This document shows, piece by piece, positions 25,814 to 36,756 of a stretch of 64,000 nucleotides of DNA. Location of the stretch: contig NC_043004.1 of assembly GCF_006345805.1 (NCBI RefSeq), positions 18,166,001 to 18,230,000 on the forward strand. The letters are read 5' to 3'. Numbering within the stretch: the first letter of the stretch is position 1; each line of letters begins with the position of its first letter. Source of the DNA: Octopus sinensis. Its lineage: Eukaryota. The notes beneath the pieces are model-generated. The model ran no database searches. It worked only from the letters and a program-made list of their open reading frames with translations, and was not told the DNA's origin. The translations under genes were made by a program, and so were the position numbers.

Positions 25814-26142
25814 ACAGTAGGCTCTCAAACTTTTTGGGCCATGACCACATAATACCCACAGCACCCCCACTCCTATTTTTATGTCTAAATAAATATTTTA
25901 GATTTTACTAATTTATATATACTATGAATCATTTGATTTTTAATATAATATTATATAACTTGTATATGTATACAACAATACTATAATAATGTTATAATAA
26001 GTACATAGCATCCCCCAATCCACTGCCTTCTTCCCAATGCCTCCTTTTTCTCTACCACTCCCTTAAGCACCAGCGCCCACCTCAACCGTCTCAACGCCTG
26101 CCGGGGGGGGGGGGGGGCTAGCACTCACTTTGAGAAGCTATG
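25814..26142. mobile_element. hAT (Charlie-like) MITE nested in a SINE B
   Basis: cagtaggctctcaaact ... actttgagaagctatg termini interrupt a SINE B whose two halves resume on either side. Confidence 0.6.
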
Positions 26143-26984
26143 CTCTGCGCAAACCAAAGCCTTGTGAGTGGGTTTCAAAGACAAAAAGTTTGTCATGTAC
26201 ACACATGTATATGTATGTATGTATGTATGTATGTGTGTATACATGCAAGTATTTGTGTGTATATGTGTATGTGAGTGCACATGTATATGTGTGCATGACA
26301 GACAGAAAGGTTGTTTGCTAATACAAACTGCAAAGGAAATAGAATCAATAAATATAATTGAGTTTATAAATATCTCTTTATTAACCATGTATCTATCTTG
26401 AAGAGAAATCAAACTTTAAATAAATAAAGTGTAGAGTCGTCGCCGTCATCGTCGTCGTCATTGTCATCATCATCATCATCATCATCATTGTTTTCTCGTT
26501 CGCTTTTCCAGGCTTGCAGGAATCAGACAGAATTTGTTGAAGTCTCCTGTCATCAACCCATACCTGTTTCCAAGCATGGAAACATTTCCCCAAGGGCAGA
26601 CATGTTTTTCATAGAAGACTGAGAACAAACAACGCCACTTGTCTGATGACTGATGCTTGTTTACAACATCACACAATAACAAGAGAAAGGCACACACACA
26701 CACACACACACATGTGTGCATATATGTGATTTTGTTTGTGTGTGTTTGTGTATAAGGGCGGACTGCCTAGTGGTTAGGGTGAAGCACTGACAATTTAATT
26801 TAGCTATTGTGATTTCAATTCCTAGACTGGGCGGTGTGTTGTGCTCTTGAGTAAAATACTTCATCTCATGTTGCCCTGTGATCACTTCGACACCTGACAC
26901 ATGATGCACCTTGCACCTGTCAAGGCAACAATAATATGATGACAGGGGTGAGCTAATGTAAAGCAGAAGCATTTGATTATTATA

Positions 26985-27218
26985 TATTTCTTTACTACCC
27001 ACAAGGGGCTAAACACAAGAGAGGACAAACAAGGACAGACAAACGGATTAAGTCGATTACATCGACCCCAGTGCGTAACTGGTACTTATTTAATTGACCC
27101 CCGAAAGGATGAAAGGCAAAGTCGACCTCAGCGGAATTCGAACCCAGAACGTAATGGCAGACGAAATACGGCTACGCATTTTGCCCGGTGTGCTAACATT
27201 TCCGCCAGCTCGCCACCC
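26985..27218 (-). mobile_element. Young SINE family A copy
   Basis: Full head-to-tail match to 8105-8337 and 13119-13352; CpGs retained. Confidence 0.85.
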
Positions 27219-27305
27219 TAACCATTTGATAATTATAAATAAATCATTTGTGCAGGTTTGGCAAAAGCTAAACACTCATATGTCGTCTTCAACGAGAGAG
27301 TCCAT

Positions 27306-27337
<32 letters not shown>

Positions 27338-27342
<5 letters not shown>

Positions 27343-28632
27343 TCATCATCATCATTTAACGTCCGTTCTCCATGCTAGCATGGGTTGGACGGTTCGACCG
27401 GGCATCTGGGAAGCCAGAAGGCTGCACCAGGCTCCAGTCTTATCTGGCAATGTTTCTACAGCAGGATGCCCTTCCTAACGCCAACCACTCCGTGAGTGTA
27501 GTGGGTGCTTTTTACGTGCCACCTGCACAGGTGCCAGGTGAGGCTGGCAACGGCCACGGTCGGATTGGTGTATTTTATGTGCCACCGGCACGGAAGCCAG
27601 CGGAGGCCGCGCTGGCATCGGCCACGAGTCGGATAGTGCTTTTTACGTACCACCAGACCAGGGATCCTGGCTGGTTCAATTCGATTTCGCTTGCCCCAAC
27701 ATGTCTTCGCAAGCAAAGGGGGTTGGCATGGGTGCCTGTCGTCGGATGAGGTTCTATATCGACTTCGCTTGCCTCAACAGGTCTTTGTGTCCAAGGGAGG
27801 AAAGGCATTCATAAGTGGGCTGGGCTCACTTGTCCTGCCTGGTCTTCTCACGTACAGCATATTTCCAAAGGTCTCGGTCGTTGGTCATTTCCTCGGTGAG
27901 GCCTAAACTTCGAAGGTCGTGCTTCACCACCTCGTCCCAGGTTTTCCTGGGTCTACCTCTTCCACAGGTTCCCTCAACTGCTAGGGATTGGCACTTTCTC
28001 ACACGCCTATCTTCATCCTGTCTCGCCACATGACTATACCAGCGCAATCGTCTCTCTTGCACACCACAACTGATGCTTCTTAGGCTCAACTTTTCTCTCA
28101 AGGTACTAACGCTCTGTCGAGTATGTACACTGACATTACACATCCATCGGAGCATACTGGCTTCATTCCTCACGAGCTTACGCATGTCCTCAGCAGTCAC
28201 GGCCCATGTTTCACTGCCATGTAGCATGGCTGTTCGTACACATGCATCATACAGTCTGCCTTTTACTCTGAGCGAGAGGCCTTTAGTCACCAGCAGAGGT
28301 AAGAGCTCCCTAAACTTTGCCCAGGCTATTCTTATTCTAGCAGTTACACTTTCAGCGCACCCACCCCCACTACTGACTTGGTCACCTAGATAACGGAAGC
28401 TATCAACTACTTCTAGTTTTTTCCCCTGGAAAGTGACGGAAGTTGTTTTCTGCATATTTTCGGACGTTAATGCTCCCGAGCATCTGCCACATACAAAAAC
28501 TATCTTCCCAGTTAGCCTACCTTTGACATTGCTGCACCTCTTATGTGTCCATAGCTTACACTGGGTACATCTTATAGAGTTTCTACCTACACCTTTTCTA
28601 CAGATCGAGTAGGGCCATCTTCCTGAAGACAT
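27338..28632 (-). mobile_element. Young 5'-truncated RTE-clade LINE
   Basis: Open ORF to the natural stop at 27826, then a 3' UTR with repeat units and a (GAT)n tail at about 27338. Confidence 0.92.
27826..28632 (-). pseudogene. RTE ORF C-terminal part: PHD-like finger + RT C-terminal/thumb region (LEVVDSFRYLG, LYDACVRTAMLHGSETW, GRGRPRKTW)
   Basis: Motifs visible in ORF 27826-28698; the first about 22 aa of that ORF come from flanking DNA. Confidence 0.88.
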
Positions 28633-28957
28633 TTGTGATATAATGGACTCTCCCATTGAAGGCAATGTATGAGTAACTACATGTAGATTGTAAGCCATTT
28701 TTTTGCTTCCATCTTCCTTTTCTCTCAGACTTTCCTCTGTCTCTTGTTTGTGAAGAAGAGTTTTGCTTGAAATGTAAAATACCCTTTCTTTCCTTCCCTG
28801 AGCATCTTTTAATACTTTGCATGTGCCGCGTCCTCACGTTTTTCTTGTTCTGTTTTTTTCTTAGTTTTTATGGATTAACTATATAGTTATATATTACAGA
28901 GATGTACTTGCATAGCAAGTGACTTGATATGAGATCGTGTGTTGAAACAAAAACAAT

Positions 28958-29361
28958 TGCAGCATGGAAGGTGTTATAGGCCATTTAAAAACACACAAAA
29001 ACTGTTAAATTCAGTTCAACATTTAAATTTAAATTGTCAAAATATTTTTATCGTTTTGAAACCGCAACCTGTTCACTGACAAAATTCCGTGATGCATCTC
29101 TTATGTATGGATGTGTGTCACCATATGTGTCTTTGTGTGTTTGGAGTGTGTGTATATTGTCATGTGTTTCCATCTCCTTTTGTGCATGTGTGTGTGCTTA
29201 TCTGTTTGTATTACCTATGTAGTTATCTAAGATGCAGCATGAAATTTTGTCAGTGTTTCAAAACAATGAAAATATTTTGACAAATCAAGTTTAAATGTTG
29301 AAGTGAATCTAACAGTATTTGTGTGTTTCTTAAATGGTTTATAAACACCTTTCATGCTGCA
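28958..29361. repeat. Inverted pair of about 135-bp arms around a TG-rich spacer
   Basis: 28958-29099 and 29230-29361 are reverse complements (tgcagcatggaaggtgtt ... aacacctttcatgctgca). Confidence 0.8.
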
Positions 29362-30958
29362 CTCTAGCATTCTGTAGTGCTTTTCTTCACTGTTAAGGTG
29401 ATGGTGGGTGATCTTCCCCACTGTAACTAAGTGGGGCAGAATGTACTTAGGTCATGGCTGTCTAAGTAAGCATGGTCATAGCTTAGTTTAAGGAGGAGGC
29501 CCAGTTCCTTCATGTTGACTTTGCGGAACTCAACTTCACTCTCACAGATAATCTCAATGCATTTTCCCCACAGCAAAATCTATATCTATAGGTGAATAAA
29601 GTGAAACCACATCCATACAACCCACTACACAACCTGCAAGTAAAAATGTGAACAGAAGTCATATATTTTAAGGGTCTCATTCTATCATGTTCACTGAAAG
29701 GCTGATACAATTCTTGGCAAAACCACATCTTCATGCACCCACCTTGACACCCATGAGCTTATGCCTCTGAGACATCTGTAAGATTCTAACAATGACAAAC
29801 AAATATATGAACATTTAGGGCTGTCTTTTATCTTGTATCTTTTACTTGTTTCAGTCCTCAGACTGCCACCATGCTGGGGCACTGCCTTGGAGAATTTTTA
29901 GTCAAATGTATCAACCCCAGTACTTGTATTTTAAAGCTTGCTACTTATCCTATCAGTCTCTCATTTTTTTAAATTTTTATTTTGCTAAACAACTAAGTTA
30001 TGGGAATATAAACACACAAACACCAGTTGCCAAGCGGTGATGGATCACAAAAATACATATGTGTGTATGTGTATGTACCATCTGACTGGCCCTCATGCCG
30101 GTGACATATAAAAAAACACCCACACACTCTTGAAGTGGTTGGCATTAGGAAGGGCATCCAACTGTAGAAACCTTGCCAGATCAGATTGGAGCCTGGTACA
30201 ACCTTCTGGCTTGCCAGTCCCCAGTCAAACCATCCAACCAATGCCGGCATGGAAAGCAGACATTAAACAAAGAATATGATGATGATAATGATGAACAGGC
30301 TTCTTTCATTTTCCATCAACCAAATCTACTCACAAAGCTTTGGTTGGCCCGAGGCTATAGCAGAAGACACTTGTCCAAAGTGTCACACAGTGGGACTGAA
30401 CTCGGAACCATGTGGTCGGGAAGCAAACTTCTTACCACACAACCATGCCTGTGACTAATTATAAAATGTTTTAAAGTAGACAAAAGTCTCTCTGACAATA
30501 AATTGAGATGTGGTCTAGAGCAGAAGGAGGGCAGCAAAACACTGAAGCCATATTAGCTACAGCACAATTGTTTTAACATTCACTTTTCCATGCTTGCAAG
30601 AGTTAGACAGAATAAACTGTGGTAGATTTTCTATGGCTGGATGTCTTTCATTGTTGCCAACCCTCACTGTTTCCAAATAAACTAACATCTTCTCATGGCC
30701 AGATATGTTTTCACAGAAAATTGGAAAATTAAATGACATCGATTTATTACATTCATGTGATGTTAAGACTAGGGGATAAAAATATGCACATAGACACACA
30801 CATATATACATATAAGGATGCATACATTTATATACATATACACGCACAAACATACATATATATACACACACATGCATATATACATATACACAAACACATA
30901 TACATACACACACATATATACAAACATACACATATGTATACACACATTCACACAAACA

Positions 30959-31010
<52 letters not shown>

Positions 31011-31014
31011 ATAT

Positions 31015-31059
<45 letters not shown>

Positions 31060-31255
31060 GTATGTATACAAACTCACCAAACACACCCACACATATGCAT
31101 AATCACAGTATGGGTGAATTGAACCTAATTATAATTTGTCAGTAAGTCAGATCAGATTGCCAGACACAATGAAACATATTGAGACCGTTCTTCAGTGGCA
31201 CACAGTCCTGCCAAAGATGAACAGTTTGAAGAAATGAAAGAGAGAAAGAACTTAC

Positions 31256-31374
31256 TTTCGAAGCCGCTTCCTCCACACAAAATATGGGTCATAAAGACAC
31301 TCAAAGAAGTAAATGGTATGCTTGAGGAAAGACAATAGTATCACATTTTTATTTTGTTCAGATGAATCACAAAT
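31256..31374 (-). CDS. NBEAL1: Neurobeachin-like exon: ICDSSEQNKNVILLSFLKHTIYFFECLYDPYFVWRKRLR(K)
   Basis: Poly-T acceptor tttttcag, donor aa|gtaagt; 119 nt (117+2). Resembles NBEAL1 [23 protein letters not shown]. Confidence 0.92.
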
Positions 31375-32894
31375 CTGAAAAAAAAAAAGAGAAAAAAATA
31401 TGAAAGAAAAAAAGAGAAAATCAAGGAAAGAATTTAATGATTAAGAAGTTAGTGGTTAGTGTTAGCAATGGCATTTTCTAATCCTCATCACCATCATCAT
31501 TGTTGTTGTTTTAATGTCTCCTTTCATGTGCTTGCTTGGGTCAGACAGAATATGTTGAGGTGGGTTTTCTATGGCCAGGTGTTCTTCCTGTCACTGACCC
31601 TCACCTCTTTTCAGTTAGGTAATGATTCCCTTTGACCAGACATGTTCAACAACAAAGGACACCATTTGCATGACGGTGGCTTGCTCTTACAACTATCACG
31701 TGATATCAAGACAAGTAAGACAGAAAATCACACTCACACATATATGATGGGCTTCTTTCAGTTTCCATCTAGCAAATTCTTGGCTGGCTCTAGACTACAG
31801 CAGAAGACACTTGCTGCCAAAGGTGCCATGCACTAGAACTGAACCCAAAACCATGGCATTGGGAAGCTAGCTGTTTATCCCACAGCCATCCCCGCACCTC
31901 TAATCTATACCATATAACTGCTAATGTATAACTGTAGCTACCAAGATTTTCTCACATCAATGTAATTACACCGTTTGTAATATTCCTAATAACGTGAATA
32001 GTTGAATAGGCACAGGTGTCAGGAGAGCTGCAAGTGATAAATGGTGATAAGTTTGAACACTACAGCTTCATTCTTCAAATCCTGGCTAGATTGAGTTAGC
32101 CATTTATCCATCTCAAGTTAATAATGTAATTACTAAATTATCAAAGAGGAAATATAGCTTATTGCCGTTAATCTGAGCCTTGCCTAATCAGTCAGTGAGA
32201 AACATTTCTGTAATAAATGGAGAAACCTATCCAAGTTAGGTTATGTCTTCATCCAATTAACACTATGGAAGTTGAAATAAGCATCAGCCGAGTCGTAGCC
32301 TTAGTCGGTAGAATTGTTAATTCTATGTGAACAGCTATCCTACCACCACAATCATCATCATCATCATCATCCTCAACTCTATGTCCATACACAGCATCAC
32401 CATCACTGTCATCATTACTCTCACCTTTATCATCATCCTTGATTGATATTTCTAAAGAAGCATAGCAGCATGCTATCCTGTGATCTGAGGGTAAACCCTG
32501 ACACAACTTCACCATAATCCTCTTATTTTTCCAGCTGGTGGGGTAACCATGTGTCTCCTCTACAGCAAGATACTGGTTTCTGTCTTCTGTCATATTTAAC
32601 CCTTTAGCATTCAGACTACTCAGTCAAATGTAATGCTTATTTATTCACATTGCTTTTAATTAATCATAGCAGTTTGGCAGAATACGCACAGAGAGAATAA
32701 ACATCAGGTTGAAGGAAAAACGTACTGCAGTCAGTTTGTTGAACTAAAAAATTTTCAGGGTGGTGCCCCAGCATGGCCACAGTCTAATGACCTAAACAAG
32801 TAAAAGATAAAAGATAAAACCAAAAATGTTCCTTATCAATAGAATCTACTTTGTCCCTTTCTTCTTCAGAACTCACTATTCCAAATTCCACAAA

Positions 32895-33511
32895 CATATG
32901 CCAGGTCCATCTGACTGGCTCCCCTGTGCTGGTGACATGTAACAAGCACCAACTGATTGTGGCCAATGCCAGTACCGCCTGACTGGCTCTTATGACAGAG
33001 GCATGTAAAAAGTACCAACCGATTGTGGCCAATGCCAGTACTCTCTGACTGGCTCTTGCGCCAGTGGCACGTAAAATGCAACAACCAATTGTGGCCGATG
33101 CTAGTACCGCCTGACTGGCTCCTGTGCCAGAGGCACATAAAAAGCACCAACCAGTTGTAACCGATGCTAGTACTGCCTGACTGGCTCCTGTGCCAGAGCC
33201 ACATAAAAAGCACCAACCGATTGTGGCCGACGCCAGTACTCCCTGACTGGCTCTTGTGCCAGTGGCATGTAAAAAGCACCATCTGAATGTGATTGATGCA
33301 AGGCCCACATGACTGGCTCCTGTGCCAGTGGCACGTAAAAAGCACCTGCTACACTCTTGGAATGGTTGGCATTAGGAAGGGCATCCAGCTTTAGAAACAC
33401 TACTTGATCAGATTGGAGCTTCGTGCAGCCGCTGGCTCTCCAGACCTCAGTCAAACCATCCAACCCATGCCAGCATGGAAAATGGATGTTAAACGATGAT
33501 GATGATGATGA
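32895..33511 (+). mobile_element. RTE 3' UTR fragment with seven 66-bp tandem units and a (GAT)n tail
   Basis: Units start at 32911, 32979, 33045, 33111, 33177, 33243 and 33309. Confidence 0.88.
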
Positions 33512-33952
33512 TCTGCACAAATAAGATATTAAACCAAACACAACTTTCACCAACAACTACAATGTCTTCAAAACCATTTACAACCACTTACTTCAGAAAA
33601 TGCTGCATTTTAGAACTGACCTGCATATAATCCTGTTCCATCAGAGTTGGCTATGCCTGCTAAGCATCATCAAGCACAACAACCAAAAGAGACATTCTTT
33701 ATGTAAAGTTAGCTTTTACTAGTTTCAGGCATTGGACTGTGGCCATGCTGGGGTACTGCCTTGAAGGGTTTTGATTTGACCAAATTACCCCCAGTACCAT
33801 TGTATTCTTTTTATCTGCTTTGATTATCACTAGGTTACAGCTGGTTGTCAAGTAGTGGAAGCAGGGGTGACAAACACAAACTGACACACATATAAACACA
33901 TACACAGAATGAGACAGACAGAAACAGAGAGACAGAGAGAGAAACAAGAACA

Positions 33953-34196
33953 ATTTACAGGAAACCGGTACGATTTTAAATACTTTATAGAACATACATG
34001 CATTTCAGCAAAATGCCCAATATTTACATAACACTTGTAAAAACACTATGCAGTCATTCCCTTCACCTCTGAACACTGATGAAGTGGGTGCAAGACTGCA
34101 TAACGTTTTTACAATCATATGCAATTACAATAATGTGCTGTTGAAACACGTGTATGTTCTATAAAGCATTGAATATCATACCTGTTTTCTGTAAAT
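33953..34196. repeat. About 245-bp fold-back element containing a hammerhead ribozyme motif
   Basis: atttacaggaaaccggtacg...ctttatagaacatac is mirrored by gtatgttctataaagc...cctgttttctgtaaat. Confidence 0.8.
34071..34159 (+). ncRNA. Putative type I minimal hammerhead ribozyme (Penelope-like)
   Basis: GAACA-CUGAUGA-[60 nt]-GAAAC-ACGU-GUA-UGUUC: intact core, 5-bp helix I, palindromic helix III loop, GUA cleavage triplet. Confidence 0.65.
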
Positions 34197-36435
34197 CATT
34201 ATTATTGCTTCTACTATTTTGTTTGTATTCCACACATTAGCCTCCCTCACGATCCATGTCCTGCATTGTACTAGACAGTATATCGAAGTGGAGTGTGGAA
34301 CCCACTACTGAGCCAGAGCTTTGGTTAAGTGTCACTCTTCATCATGCCTTTTTTGAAATATATCATCATCAGCCAGTATTTTAAATCTGGGTTTTGTCCA
34401 TGTTAACAGGGGTGGCCGAATCTACCTCAATGCCGTAGTAACCACAGTAGGCAGGTGCAGCCCACTCCAGCCATTGGGCGGACAGGCTGGCTGACTGGTG
34501 CCCATCCTCCCTTGCTAACATGAGGCTTTATTGGAGCTGGATTTTCTACGGGGAGCATACCCTTGCTTACCCCCAACCTCAGTTTCTAGACATGAGTGGT
34601 CCCGAGACCAAGGCCTCTACCACCATTTTTAAGAAATGTGGAAAACTAGCTCAAGAAGGCAGAGACACTACTCCCTGAGACCCCTTTCGGAGGCACCCCC
34701 TACCATTATATATATAATGGGCCTCCACACATTCTCTGTCAACAAAATCTGTTCACATAACATAAGTCAACCCAAGACTATAGCAGAAGTCCTTTGGTCA
34801 AAGTGTCATATAGTGGGACTGAACCAAAAACCACAGGGTTGCAAAATGAGGTTCTTAACCACACTGCCATGCTAGCTCCCATATAGCAGATAACGCTGAA
34901 GTATTTACACTATATCCATATTACAGTTTCCTCATTGGTGCAGTTATTTTCTTTGCTTTTTTTCTCTCCAATATTGATAATTCAATTTAATTTATAGATG
35001 AAATTCTATATCAAAGAACCTCTTTAATGTGTAGAGACAAAATCTCCATTAACTGTTTTCAATATTTAATATAGCAACCTCAGTTTCTATTCCCAAATAT
35101 CCAGATACCATTCTTGACAATAAGAAAGAAACACTCACAGATCAAATGTCAATCAACTGAATCTGTCATCAGCTGCCATCATGTTAAATTTACCACATGT
35201 TGAGGTATGGTTAAAAAGAATGCTTCCCAACTATGAGGCTTTAGATTCAGTCCCACTGCACAGCACCATGGATAATTATTTTCTACTATAGACCCTGGGC
35301 CAACTAAATCTTTGTGAGGGCATTTGGTGTGTGTGTGTGTCTGTCTTGACATCATGTGATGGTTCTTTACATGTGTCACCATCATGCAAGCAGTGGTGTT
35401 TGTTTCCAATCTTCCATGAAAAACATGTCTGATGAAGGGGAAAGCAATATTACCTTGCTTGGAAATAGGTGAGGGTTGGTAACAGGAAAGGCATCTGTCT
35501 GTAGAAAACCTGCCTCAACAAATTCCGTCTAACCCATGCAAGCATGGAAAAGTGGATGTTAAAATGACAATGGTGGTGATGATGATAGTAGTGGTTAAAT
35601 AAATTCACTGAAATGCATAAACCCCACAAAAATGATGATTTGGCTCATGGGTAAATATTAACTCTTCAATACACAGCAATCTTTAGTTTAGAGAAATGTA
35701 CCGTTCCTCCCCACCTCTCTCTCTCTCTCTTTCCCACTCACTTTATTCCTTTTCTATCAACAACAGTTTTAGCTCTTCTGAATCAGATAGCTCCATATTC
35801 CTTTCAACCAATAACCTGTGGGGGAATTTGGAAACTGCGTGGAAGCCCTCAGTGCACACACGTGTGTGCATGTGTTTCTGCATTCGCCCCCACCCCCACT
35901 GCTTGACACCCAGTGTTGGTTTGCATACATCCTCGTAACTTAGCAGCTCAGCAAAAGAGACCAACATACATAAACACAAACACACATCTATGTAACAGGA
36001 TTATTCCGATCTCTGTTCACCATATCCATCACAAGACTTTGGTTGGCCCAGGGCTATAACAGAAGACATTTACTGAAGATACTACACAGTGAGATTCAAC
36101 CCCAAAGCAGTCTACTATGAAGCAACCTTCATAAACACTCAGCTGAGCCAGCACCAACCGTTTCGTATTTATTATTATTAGCTGACACAGAGCATCGCTA
36201 GTTTCAGAGGTTTCTGCTGTTTTCAATATATTTGTAAACTGAGTCAGAATTTCCTATATAGATCTGCTTGATTAGAGCAGACATATGTAAAACAACTAAT
36301 TCTTATCTGTCTTCTTTCCTGCCATATCCATTTCCCAGCCAACAAAAATGGTTTATGCAGTCCTGAAATACTTCAAAAATAGGCATCAGCTGCAAGAGAA
36401 GTTTAATGTTTAAAGAAGATTAATCCAACAGAGAT

Positions 36436-36467
<32 letters not shown>

Positions 36468-36711
36468 TATATACACATACACATATACATACATATATAT
36501 ATATATATATATATGTATACAATTTGGAATTGAAGAAGACCAAACCATTTTCATGCTACTTCAGTCTTATATTTATTTATTTCTAGATGGTTCTGCGACA
36601 GGGTTGATTCTGTGGCTTAAAATCAAATAAATTACTATAATAACAGCATTTCTATGTAGAGAAGTCTGCAAATGAGAGCTGTGTACTGCTAAAGTTGTAG
36701 TAGCAATATTA

Positions 36712-36756
<45 letters not shown>

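Noticed and set aside
32911-33348. CRISPR-like regular array of conserved repeats with variable parts
   Set aside because: The variable parts are homologous to each other, there are no cas genes, the context is a eukaryotic intron, and the array is part of an RTE 3' UTR.
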